Origin: Alphaproteobacteria bacterium
GTDB lineage: Bacteria > Pseudomonadota > Alphaproteobacteria > UBA828
DNA: 64,000 nt
NCBI GenBank assembly: GCA_965214705.1
Contig: CBDCCI010000002.1
Span: forward strand, 2,880,001-2,944,000
Direction: 5' to 3'
This document shows positions 19,018-28,200 of this stretch, piece by piece. A model generated the notes under the pieces. It was not told where the DNA came from, did not search any database, and saw only the letters and a list, made by a program, of their open reading frames with translations. How positions within the stretch are numbered: position 1 is the first letter of the stretch; every line of letters starts with the position of its first letter. Position numbers and translations under genes: made by a program.

Positions 19018-19103
19018 GTGCACAATATAGCACAAACGATCGTGCATAAAAGTGCTTGATATCGTCATGTGTGATCGTGCATATATGCCTTATGGTGCAC
19101 AAC
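19018..19103. promoter_or_regulatory. Divergent repressor/cro control region with repeated operator-like motifs
   Basis: AT-rich; GATCGTGCATA at 19038 and 19073; GTGCACAA at 19018 and 19096; TATATT 6 nt before the repressor ATG. Confidence 0.6.
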
Positions 19104-19343
19104 GACCAACTGCTCGTTACCCTCATCCACGCCTTTGCGGACGCTCGCAGCCTCTCCGTCTCCTACGCGTCGCGCCTGTTGACCGGCAGCGGCGACACGG
19201 TCGACCGCGTCACCGCTGGCGCGAGCATCACCGCGCGCCGGGCCGAGACCATCGTCCGCCGCGCCTCGCAGAACTGGCCCGCCGACCGCGCCTGGCCGAC
19301 GGACATCCCCCGCCCCGCGCCCGCGCCGAAAACCGATAAGTAA
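19092..19343 (+). CDS. Cro-like small DNA-binding protein
   Basis: Divergent from the repressor; SQNWPADRAWPTDIPRP C-terminus resembles alphaproteobacterial phage Cro-like proteins. Confidence 0.7.
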   Translation: MVHNDQLLVTLIHAFADARSLSVSYASRLLTGSGDTVDRVTAGASITARRAETIVRRASQNWPADRAWPTDIPRPAPAPKTDK

Positions 19344-19365
19344 TCGATTTGAAAGGGAGAACCCG

Positions 19366-19911
19366 ATGGCCGGAACCCATGCGCCACCAGTGACCTCTAT
19401 GGAGGACATCGTCGCCCTTGCCCGGAGCTTCGCCGCCGCGCGGGCGACGACCGAGGCGCTGGCCGAAGACATCAAGGCGATGCAATGCAAGGCCCTGGCC
19501 GGCCGGCTTCGTGCGCTGCGTAGCCGCATTGCCGAGCAGTCGGCATCCGAAGACGCGCTGCGCGCCGCAATCCTGGCCCGGCCGGACCTTTTCGACAGCC
19601 CGCGCACCATCGCGGTGGACGGCATCAGGTTCGGGCTCCGCAAGCAGCCGGGCGCCATTGCGCTGGACGACGAGGCGCTGACCATCGAGCGGCTGCGCGC
19701 GCGCTTCCCCGACCGGGCCGAGACGCTGATCCGGGTCAAGGAGACGCTGGACCGCGCGGCACTGCGCAAGCTCCCGGCAGGCGAGCTCGCGCAGCTCGGC
19801 ATCACCATAGAGAAGGCGACGGACGACGTGGTTATCGCGGCGGCATCGAGCGATCTCGACCGCGTCGTCGCCGCCTTGCTGGACGACCACGCACCGGCGG
19901 AGGCGGCATGA
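19366..19911 (+). CDS. Mu Gam-like host-nuclease inhibitor family protein
   Basis: Coiled-coil N-terminus; PDLFDSPRTIAVDGIRFGLRKQPG, LIRVKETLDRAAL. Confidence 0.72.
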   Translation: MAGTHAPPVTSMEDIVALARSFAAARATTEALAEDIKAMQCKALAGRLRALRSRIAEQSASEDALRAAILARPDLFDSPRTIAVDGIRFGLRKQPGAIALDDEALTIERLRARFPDRAETLIRVKETLDRAALRKLPAGELAQLGITIEKATDDVVIAAASSDLDRVVAALLDDHAPAEAA

Positions 19912-20057
19912 GGAGCGGACGCCTGCGCAGCATGCGGCGGGAGGAGGCGCGGCCGGCGGCAGTGCCGGGCGCCCGCGCCCGCGCCGAGCGCCTGTGGAAC
20001 GAGACTGTCGCGAGTCCTCGCGAGCCTACGGCGGACGATGCAAACGGATCGACCGTT

Positions 20058-20175
20058 CCCCTCCTCACCCCGGCCCTCTCCTCCCCGAGGGGAGGAGAGG
20101 GAGAGTCAGTCGGCGCTACCCACGTCCCCTCTCCGCCCCTGGGGGCGGAGAGGGACAGGGAGAGGTGGGGGAGGG
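20058..20175. repeat. Double-hairpin palindromic element (CCCTCTCC..GGAGAGGG type), copy 1
   Basis: CCCTCTCCTCCCC-GA-GGGGAGGAGAGGG and CCCTCTCCGCCCC-TG-GGGGCGGAGAGGG. Confidence 0.8.
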
Positions 20176-20210
20176 TTGCGTCAAGAGACCCTCAACGTCC
20201 GCTAAAGGGA

Positions 20211-20705
20211 ATGACTACCGGTACTCCCCTTTCCGGCGGGCCGGCGACGCGCAAGCTGCGGGCGCTCTGGCACAGCGCCTATCATCTGGGCCTGATCCAC
20301 GACCGCTCGGACGACGCGCTTGGCGCCTGGCTCCGTCGCCTCGCGTACCTCGATGGGAACGCCTGCGCTGAACCGGCCAGCCTCGACCGGCCCATCCAGG
20401 CACTCAAAGCCTGGCTCGCGCGCGCCGCCGGCGTGGACTGGCGGCCGCATGTCTCCCTCGGGCAGGACGGGCGGGTGCGGGAGACGCGCCGCCCGCGGGC
20501 GCGCGTTCTGGAAGCGCAGTGGCGCCTGCTCCACCGCCGGGGCCGGGTGCGGATCGGAAGCGACGCGGCTCTCGGCGCCTACGCCGCCCGCCTTGTCGGC
20601 CTGGGCCGCGCTGATTCACATCTCGCTCTCAGCAACGCTCAGACCGATGCCCTGATCCGCCACTTCGGCAAGTGCATCCGCGCGGCGAGCGAACGCCATG
20701 ACTGA
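20211..20705 (+). CDS. GemA/gp16 (DUF1018)-like protein; open frame extends upstream to 19908
   Basis: RKLRALWHSAYHLGLIHDRSDDAL..IQALKAW; AAAGGGA upstream of ATG 20211. Confidence 0.65.
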   Translation: MTTGTPLSGGPATRKLRALWHSAYHLGLIHDRSDDALGAWLRRLAYLDGNACAEPASLDRPIQALKAWLARAAGVDWRPHVSLGQDGRVRETRRPRARVLEAQWRLLHRRGRVRIGSDAALGAYAARLVGLGRADSHLALSNAQTDALIRHFGKCIRAASERHD

Positions 20706-21045
20706 TGCCGCGCCTCTCCCCGGCGTGCTGGAGGAGATTGCGGATATCGCGGGCAGGCCGACGGCGATCGCCATGGCGCTTGCCTGGGGCGGGCGGGAGG
20801 TTCACATCCCCAAACCGCACTATCTGGCGCGCCACCCCGACCACCCCCTCGCCCGCCTGCTGGAGGCCGAGGGGACCGCGTTCCAGGTCGCCGACTATCT
20901 CGGCGGTTCCGGCGTCTACCTGCCGCGAGCGCGCCGTGCCTGCGCCGTCCACCTCGCCGCCGCCGGCGCAACCGCCGTCGAGATCGCAGCGCGCCTCTCC
21001 CTCTCCCCCAGCGCGGCCCGGCGCTACATCAGGGGCGTGCCGTAG
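20698..21045 (+). CDS. Mor/C-family transcription activator
   Basis: LPGVLEEIADIAG..WGGREVHIP, LGGSGVYLP, C-terminal HTH (EIAARLSLSPSAARRY). Confidence 0.78.
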   Translation: MTDAAPLPGVLEEIADIAGRPTAIAMALAWGGREVHIPKPHYLARHPDHPLARLLEAEGTAFQVADYLGGSGVYLPRARRACAVHLAAAGATAVEIAARLSLSPSAARRYIRGVP

Positions 21046-21268
21046 GCGGCCCCCGGAGGGCGCCCCGCGCATGAGTGCTATGCTTGAGAGTCAGCCCGTC
21101 CGGCGTTGCACATTAGTCGCGTCATAACCACATCACCTGTGGCGGCGCAGCGCCCGAATTCCCGCGTGGGAGCAGGCTGTGCCGCCCCAGAGTCAACAAG
21201 GGCCACGCACCAGCGAGAGGTCCATCGAGCGGCAGCCACCGCAGCCCGGTCAGAAAAGGAACGTCGTC

Positions 21269-21763
21269 ATGTCCCAGACATTGCACCCCACGAAGATCGA
21301 CATTGCCGACAACACGCGCGCCGCGATGGTCGCGCTGCTCAACGCCCGCCTCGCCGACGCGGTGGACCTGGCCACCCAGATGAAGCAGGCCCATTGGAAC
21401 GTGAAGGGCCCCTCCTTCATTGCGCTGCACGAGCTCTTCGACGCCATCCACGTGGCGGTTCAGGGCCATGTCGACAACCTGGCGGAGCGCATCACGGTGC
21501 TCGGTGGCACCGCGCGGGGAACCGCGGCCGTGGCCGCGGCGGACTCAGGGCTTCCCGCCTATCCGCTGGAGATCACGGCGGGCACCGACCACGTGGAGGC
21601 TGTGAGCGTGGCGCTCGCCACCTTCGGCAAGGGCATCCGCGCCGCCATCGCCGAAGCGGGCGATGCCGGTGATGCCGACACCGAGGACCTCTTCGTCGAG
21701 GTCTCGCGCGATATCGACAAGAACCTCTGGCTGGTGGAGGCCCACGCCCAGGCGCAACGTTAG
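21269..21763 (+). CDS. dps: DNA starvation/stationary-phase protection protein Dps
   Basis: KQAHWNVKGPSFIALHELFD, DNLAER, DKNLWLVEAH. Confidence 0.93.
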   Translation: MSQTLHPTKIDIADNTRAAMVALLNARLADAVDLATQMKQAHWNVKGPSFIALHELFDAIHVAVQGHVDNLAERITVLGGTARGTAAVAAADSGLPAYPLEITAGTDHVEAVSVALATFGKGIRAAIAEAGDAGDADTEDLFVEVSRDIDKNLWLVEAHAQAQR

Positions 21764-21873
21764 AGCAAATCCCGACTGGACGTGATCATACCCGGTTGCT
21801 GCGCCGCCCTCGTTACCCATGCAGTGCCGGCCCGAGAATCCCCCTCCTCACCCCGCCCCTCTCCTCCCCGTTG

Positions 21874-23042
21874 GGATTCCTCTGCGAAAGTGGGTTTGCG
21901 GATTGGTTGGCATGTGATTCGTTGCTGCAGCGATGGGGAGGTCGAGTCGATGAGCGGCACGGGTCAGCTGGGATTTGCAGAAGCATTCATGTCTCCGGGG
22001 CTGGGGTCGAACCGGAAGCTGGAGCGTCTGGACGCCTTGATCGACTGGGCTCCTCTCGAGCGTCTGGCCGCGCGCGTGCGCGAGGGGCGGCGGGGTCGTC
22101 CGCCGTATGCGCCTTTGGCGATGCTGAAGGCGCTCTATCTTCAGGCGCTTTACGACCTTTCGGACCCCGGCCTGGAGGAGACGCTGCTGGATCGTCTGTC
22201 GTTCCGGCGTTTCTGCGGCTTTGCGCTGGATGGGGGCACGCCGGACGAGACCACGATCTGCCGCTTTCGCGCGGACGCGGGCGCGGTTCTGGAGGCGGCG
22301 TTCGAGGAGATCAACCGCCAGCTGGACGCCGCCGGCCTGATCCTGCGTAAGGGCACGCTGATGGACGCGACGCTGGTGGCCTCGGCCTCGCGGCCTCCGC
22401 CCTACAAGGCGGGCGCAGGTGCTGGGCACCCACGGGAGCCGGGCGCGGGCTGGACGCGGAAGAAGGGCCGCGGCTTCTTCGGCTACAAGGCGCATCTGGG
22501 GGTCGACCAAGGCTCCGGGCTGATCCGGCGCGTGGCGCTGAGCTCGGCCAAGACTTACGAGAGCGAGGTGGCCGATCGGCTGATCTGCGGCGACGAGGGG
22601 GCGGTCTATGGCGATCGCGCCTACGAAAGCAAGCCGAGACGGGCGAGGCTCAGGGCTGCCGGCATCAAGGACCGCATCATGCACCGGCGCAACAAACACA
22701 TGGCCTCGCTGCCGCCCTGGCAGCAGCGCCGCAACGATCTCATTGCGAGGCGCCGGGCGCCGGTGGAAGCGGTCTTTTCGGCGCTGAAGCGCCTCTACGG
22801 GCTGAGGCGAGCCAGGAGTTGCGTGTTCGAGAGGAACACCGCCCGCCTCTACGCCGCTGCCACCGCCTACAACCTGCGCCGCGCCAGCCTGATTGCGGGC
22901 TGCTGACCGACCAGTGCGCCCGCAAACCGCCGTTTCAGACACAAGATCGTCCAACGACGGCGGCACACGCGCCTCCATCAACACCGCCCAATGCCAAAAC
23001 CTTCCCAAAACATCCCGCTGAGCCGATTTCGCAGAGGAATCC
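21874..23042 (+). mobile_element. IS5-family insertion sequence
   Basis: Perfect 16-bp IR GGATTCCTCTGCGAAA; GTTG TSD at 21870-21873 and 23043-23046. Confidence 0.93.
21950..22906 (+). CDS. IS5-family transposase
   Basis: PDETTICRFR, MDAT, GYKAH, YGDRAY, RAPVEAVF. Confidence 0.92.
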   Translation: MSGTGQLGFAEAFMSPGLGSNRKLERLDALIDWAPLERLAARVREGRRGRPPYAPLAMLKALYLQALYDLSDPGLEETLLDRLSFRRFCGFALDGGTPDETTICRFRADAGAVLEAAFEEINRQLDAAGLILRKGTLMDATLVASASRPPPYKAGAGAGHPREPGAGWTRKKGRGFFGYKAHLGVDQGSGLIRRVALSSAKTYESEVADRLICGDEGAVYGDRAYESKPRRARLRAAGIKDRIMHRRNKHMASLPPWQQRRNDLIARRRAPVEAVFSALKRLYGLRRARSCVFERNTARLYAAATAYNLRRASLIAGC

Positions 23043-23335
23043 GTTGGGGAGGAGAGGGAGAACGGGCGGCGCAGCCACGTCCCCCCTCCGCCCCACTGGG
23101 CCGTAGGCCCGGACGGCGCGACTGCGCCGCGCGCGAAGCGCGTAGACTTACGAGTAAATGTATCGTTAAGCATATATAAGAGGACATAGAACGACATTAT
23201 ATGAATATTTGCAATAGGTTGTTGGAATTCTGCGAAGCGTTCTCCCTTTGCGAGGCGACATGAGATGACTTTCAATCCCTTTCATGTGTTGGGCAGTGTG
23301 TTGACAGTTCGACAGCCCCATGGTCCAGTGTCTCC

Positions 23336-24622
23336 ATGAAGACGAAGCCCGGAAAACGCGTCGCCAAGACCAAGATTACCATCAACAAGCGTGCCGTCGA
23401 TGCCCTCAAGCCCGGCGACAAGCCCTGGATCGCGTGGGATGACAGGCTCACAGGCTTCGGCGTCAGGGTGCACCCCACCGGCGCCAAGTCCTTCATCGTC
23501 AACTACCGTGCGGGTGACGGCGGCAGGAAGGCGCCAAACAAGCAGGTCGTGCTCGGTCGATATGGCAAGATCGCGCCCGGTCAGGCCAGGCGCCTGGCCC
23601 AGACCACCCTCGGCAAAGTGGCCAGCGGCGAGGACCCGGCTGAGGAACGTTCGCAGGCGCGAGGGATGCCGACCCTGGCGGATGCGCTCAAGGACTACCT
23701 GGCTGCCAATCCCAACCGCTCCGAGAACACCAACAAGCTCTACCGCTACGAGGCCGAGCGCTATCTCGGTGACTGGCTCAGCCGCCCACTCGATTCCATC
23801 ACGCGGCGCGAGGTGGAGGCGTGCTTCAACCGCATTACCGTGGACCACGGCTGGTCACCGGCTAACCACGCGATGTCTCTGCTGCGTTCTGTTTACCGCC
23901 GTCCCTGCGTCGATCTCGAAGGTCTGCGCAACCCGGTCGACCTCTGGCTTGCCGCAGGCGGGAAGTTCCATCGCAAGACGCGACGCAAGATCTCCACGCC
24001 CGCCGAGGTGCTGCCCTGTTGGCGAACCGGCATCGAGGCCGAGGTCAAGATGCCGGCCATGAGTGACGCGCTGTGGTTCGGGCTTTACACCGGCATGCGG
24101 CTGAGAGAAGTCCTGACACTGCGCTGGGAGCGAGTAGACATGGTGTCGCTCACCTTCCGCGTCGAGCAGACCAAGACCCGAGTCCCTCTTGAGCTTCCGA
24201 TCACCCGACAACTGGAACTTATCCTTGAGAGGCGTCGGGCGGCGAGGGCGGCGATGCCGGTCACCGTGCGGGACTGGGTGTTCCCTTCTCCGGCCAGCAA
24301 GTCCGGGCATGTCGAGGACCCGCACTATCTTTACCCGCGCATCACGAAGACGGGCGGTGCGAAGTTCTGGTTCCATGCGTTCCGCAACTGCTTCATCACG
24401 GTGGCCGAGCGTGACTTGATGCTTCCCTCGCCGTTGACCAAGCGCCTTGTGAACCACGCCAGACCCAACGACGTGACGGAGGGCTACGCTGCGGACTGGA
24501 CGATCGCCCAACTGCGCGAACCAGCTCAGAGGGTTGCCAATCGGATAGACGCACTGATGAGCCATGCGCCGGAGAGCACCGCCGAACAGGATGGGATTCC
24601 AGTCGACGCCGGCACTGGTTGA
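23336..24622 (+). CDS. Tyrosine recombinase/integrase with arm-binding domain
   Basis: WDDRLTGFGVRV arm domain; TGMR, HAFR, VNH, TEGY catalytic residues. Confidence 0.88.
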   Translation: MKTKPGKRVAKTKITINKRAVDALKPGDKPWIAWDDRLTGFGVRVHPTGAKSFIVNYRAGDGGRKAPNKQVVLGRYGKIAPGQARRLAQTTLGKVASGEDPAEERSQARGMPTLADALKDYLAANPNRSENTNKLYRYEAERYLGDWLSRPLDSITRREVEACFNRITVDHGWSPANHAMSLLRSVYRRPCVDLEGLRNPVDLWLAAGGKFHRKTRRKISTPAEVLPCWRTGIEAEVKMPAMSDALWFGLYTGMRLREVLTLRWERVDMVSLTFRVEQTKTRVPLELPITRQLELILERRRAARAAMPVTVRDWVFPSPASKSGHVEDPHYLYPRITKTGGAKFWFHAFRNCFITVAERDLMLPSPLTKRLVNHARPNDVTEGYAADWTIAQLREPAQRVANRIDALMSHAPESTAEQDGIPVDAGTG

Positions 24623-25227
24623 GACGCGGCCGGCAAGGAACGCATTCTCGATCATCGCTCCCTCGCGGCTCAGTCCCGTGTCGTCGTAGTCCGGGCGTGC
24701 TGGCGCCGGCGACCAACTCGCGACCGCGGGTCTCCAACAAGGCGCTGTGTCGGGGCCGAGCGCATGTGAGCGCGCGAAGCCTCGCACATATCACCTTTGA
24801 AGAGAGGCGGCGGTGATCCGTCCCACGCGTCGAGCAGTTCTCCGGATGCGGGATGGGAAAGGAACGAATGGAATGAGGATCACCGCCGATCGCTGACAGG
24901 CTGTGGCTCATTCGCACTCGCTGAGCACGTCGTCTGGGAAGCCGACCACGAACGGCTCAGTGCAGTCGATGCCCAAGAAGACGCGCGTCGGAGGCGGCGC
25001 CTCGACGATCGGCGGGTCGCCCCTACACGTTGGGGTGTCGGCCGTGACCACTTCTGAACTGTTTCGCAATCGCTGCTTCAGCCAGGAGATTGGCTCGCAA
25101 TCGGTACTCGGCCGGCCAGCTGGGCTGGCCGGCCAGTGCTCGACTCCACTTTCCCGGCCCCAATGATGCCTGTCTCCTTGGTGCGTACGCCAGACGGAAA
25201 ACTGGGAGAGGTAGCCGCCAAGGCGCC

Positions 25228-25638
25228 TCAGACCGCCTCAGGAGCCTCGCCATGCCGCGTATCCTCGCCCGCGGTGACGAAGAGCATGGCACTCCTCTCG
25301 TGCGGCCGCGCGGTATGCCAGGTGCCTTGAGGAACGATCACATAGGAGCCGGGCTCGCCAAGGCGAACCGCACGCTCGGTGCCGGCGAACCACAACACGA
25401 AGTCGACATCGCCGAACAGCAGATAGACAATTTCGTCGCCCTTCGGATGCATCTCCCAGGTGCCCCACGGTTCGGTGAATTCATGTGTCGAGATCAGCAA
25501 GTGGCCGGCAAAGCCGCCGAACTCTGCGTCGAGCTCGCTGTAGAAATCGGGCCCGATCCGCTTCGGCGTTGCGCGGCCTCGCGGATCCATGACCAGGCGG
25601 ACGGTCTCCAGATCGAACGGTCCAACATTGCGTGTCAT
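25228..25638 (-). CDS. Cupin domain protein
   Basis: WEMHPKGDE and IVPQGTWHTA. Confidence 0.85.
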   Translation of the reverse strand: MTRNVGPFDLETVRLVMDPRGRATPKRIGPDFYSELDAEFGGFAGHLLISTHEFTEPWGTWEMHPKGDEIVYLLFGDVDFVLWFAGTERAVRLGEPGSYVIVPQGTWHTARPHERSAMLFVTAGEDTRHGEAPEAV

Positions 25639-25671
25639 GGTGAGTCTCTCCTTGGTTCGATCACAATCCTT

Positions 25672-26149
25672 TCACGGGGCGGACCGGGGCATGGACTTAT
25701 TGGCCCACAACCAGATGCAGATTGTGGCGATTTTGATCATTGCGATGTAGTTGGCGGCGAGCTTTTCATTGCGTGTTACGATGCGCCGGGACCGTTTGAA
25801 TTTGTTTGAAGAAGCGCTCGACTTGGTTGCGCAGGCGGTAGAGATCGCGGCTGAAAGCATGGAGCGCCGTGGCGCCTCTGCGGTCAGGCATGATGGGCAC
25901 CGCATCCTGGGCCTTGATCATCGCCCTGGTCCATTCCGCGTCGCAGGCCTTGTCGGCGAGCACGAAGCCGTCGGGCGACAGGTGACCGTCCAGCCAGGGC
26001 CCCGGCGAGCGTGCTGTCGTGGGCTTGCCCTGAGCTCCAGGCGAAGCGGAGCGGCAGGCCGCTGGCGTCGCGCGGCCACGCGCGCGGAGCGCACGATGAC
26101 CACGGTGTCGATCTTCATCGTCATACCGCCTCGGGAACGATCCATGCAA
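25672..26149 (-). pseudogene. Frameshifted IS5-family transposase remnant
   Basis: SRGGMTMKI, LADKACD, YRLRNQVERFF and RRIVTRNEKLAANY lie in different frames. Confidence 0.75.
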
Positions 26150-26266
26150 CGATCCGGCCCCCCCCTTTCTAGCACCACAGCGTGCGTCCTCAAGCGCCCC
26201 ACACGATCTTGGTTGTTAGACTCATGATCAGAAAAGCGGCCCGCCGGAGGGCTGATGATTACCTTG

Positions 26267-26806
26267 CTATGACATTTCTCTCACAAAAACTTCAGTGTCT
26301 TCTGTCGACAGGCGGTCCGATTTCGTAAATCGGACTTTTTCCAGAACTCTTGCCGAGGCCTTGTTGTCGATTCCAACGCCACTCTGAATTCTCGATACGC
26401 TTCCGCAGGATTGCAGATGCTCGATCAATCCTGACAACAGCTCAGTTGCATAACCCTTTCCCCATGCTTCTTCCGCAAGCATGTAGCCAAGGTGCAAGGT
26501 GCTGCTGCCGTCATCTTCTGATACATCTGCGAGAACAAGCAGCCCGAGCAGCGCCGAGTGCTTCAGATCACGTACCGCCAGAACCTCCGCCTCCGCATTG
26601 CGATCCGCTGTCCACCGCGCTATGGCATCACGCTCTTGTTCCACATAAAGCACTTCGGGCAGGTGCTGCATCACGTTGCTCGTCAGGATTGACGTCAGTT
26701 CCTCTATCAGCACCTCTCGCGACGAAGGGTCTGCCAGCAGCGGTCGCCAGTTCTCGACCGTCAGTCGAGCGGTCTTGAAGCATCCTGTGTGTCTGCGGGT
26801 TTTCAT
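26267..26806 (-). CDS. GNAT (RimJ/RimL-like) acetyltransferase
   Basis: LGYMLAEEAWGKGYATE, NKASARVLEK. Confidence 0.8.
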   Translation of the reverse strand: MKTRRHTGCFKTARLTVENWRPLLADPSSREVLIEELTSILTSNVMQHLPEVLYVEQERDAIARWTADRNAEAEVLAVRDLKHSALLGLLVLADVSEDDGSSTLHLGYMLAEEAWGKGYATELLSGLIEHLQSCGSVSRIQSGVGIDNKASARVLEKVRFTKSDRLSTEDTEVFVREMS

Positions 26807-27427
26807 TCGCGCCGCCGGGCTCGTTTGCTTCAAAGTATCGGAACAGCGGCGTCCCTGCATGCCAAGTCCCAACTCTCTCGGTTTCGTCCAGCGGCACTCG
26901 CCTTTCACGGTAGCTGCAGAGCTTCGTGGTCTCCGTGACGTGCCGGCCGAGTGCCGGGTAGCATCGACGTGCGCCTCCGGGTGCGCCGGATAGGTCGCAG
27001 TGCCGTTTGCCCGACAACTGTGGTTGCAGGCGACCGACTGAACTCGCTGTTCCCGTCCGCCGACAGATCGTTTCCCAGGCCTTGTGACGGTTGAACCAAC
27101 GGGCGATGCGCGAGATGTCACGATTGAGCACCCGGAAGAGAGGCCGTCCCGACCGGTGCGTAAATTGGCCGATGCGTCTCATCTCGCGCAGAAGACATGT
27201 CGTGGCCACCCCGACAATCAACACGACAAGCTTCGCGCGGCGGCTCATAGACGCGGCGCCCAGCCGTTCCGACTGTGGCGATGACCGCGCACGGCGAGGA
27301 ACTCGACCACGATCTGTGTTGATCGGGACCAATTTTGAGCGCGCCCAAAGAGCTCCGGGCGTAGGCTGCTTGGCCACTGCTCCTGGCCGCCATTCCGTGC
27401 ATTGCAATCACCTTCATGCGTTGTGCA

Positions 27428-28115
27428 TTACACCCGCCGAAACAACTCGCAGCCCCCTTGAACCGCTTCAAGACAATCGCGAAGCTGCTCCGTCACAGAG
27501 TTTCGTGTCAGATTGTGTCGCTCGAGACAGTCAAAACTCACGGCAATGCGAAAGCTGGGCTTCATTTCCTGTTCGATATCGTTGAACACGAGAAGACTCC
27601 TGTCCTGTTCAATTCTTCTGCCCCTCATTCGTCCCGCGAGTTGCTGATCCGTTGGTCGGCGCGGTGGGTGGTTTTCACCAAAGACAATCGTATCTATCCC
27701 GGCCATTCCGACCACGATCAAGTTCAGGTGTCTGTGTTTGTCAATATTGCAGAGGTCTCGCAGCGTCCGAAATACTTGAGCATAGCAGGGGTGGGGTCGG
27801 CCATTGATCGGCAGTTGAAGCATCGGATTGAAGGGCTGCAAGAAACGAATTGTCTTCTTGCATTCGTCCTCAACGCCTTTCAGTTTATTCTGGGTGCTGC
27901 GCTTCGTCCAATCCGCTTCCTCATCCAAGATCGGGAATTGGTTAGCTTTCGATGGCTTCTGTCCGTTGGCGACGACGAGTTGCCATACAAGATGATCTAG
28001 TGCCGATCGCAGATTGTAAAGAATCTCTCCTGCTCGAATCGACCATTCAATCGGCACCTCGGGTGTCGCGCCGCGATAAGACCACATCTGCTCACCCGCA
28101 TCTCTGTCAATCTCG
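27428..28115 (-). pseudogene. 3' part of a 266-aa hypothetical (HEPN-like) gene split by IS66
   Basis: NLRSALDHL, NQFPI, LCNIDKHR; joins in frame to 30867-30979 when the IS is removed. Confidence 0.75.
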
Positions 28116-28200
28116 TGGACAATGTAAGCGGTACGCAGACCCCATATCGGAATCTGGGTTGACTACGGAGAGTTTTGGATGAGCGCTGTGAGCGCGCGAG

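Larger units (their letters stand above)
16036..21045. mobile_element. Mu-like (transposable phage)-derived regulatory and lysis module lacking transposase and virion genes
   Basis: Contiguous repressor/Cro/Gam/GemA/Mor-like genes plus a DUF5675 cassette. Confidence 0.75.
21841..23100. repeat. Palindromic element copy 2, split by IS5
   Basis: Left arm 21841-21869 and right arm from 23046 rejoin into a homologue of 20058-20175. Confidence 0.78.

Noticed and set aside
16036-24622. Complete prophage mobilised by the integrase at 23336
   Set aside because: No capsid, terminase, tail or replication genes; Mu-like phages use DDE transposases; dps and IS5 separate the integrase from the module
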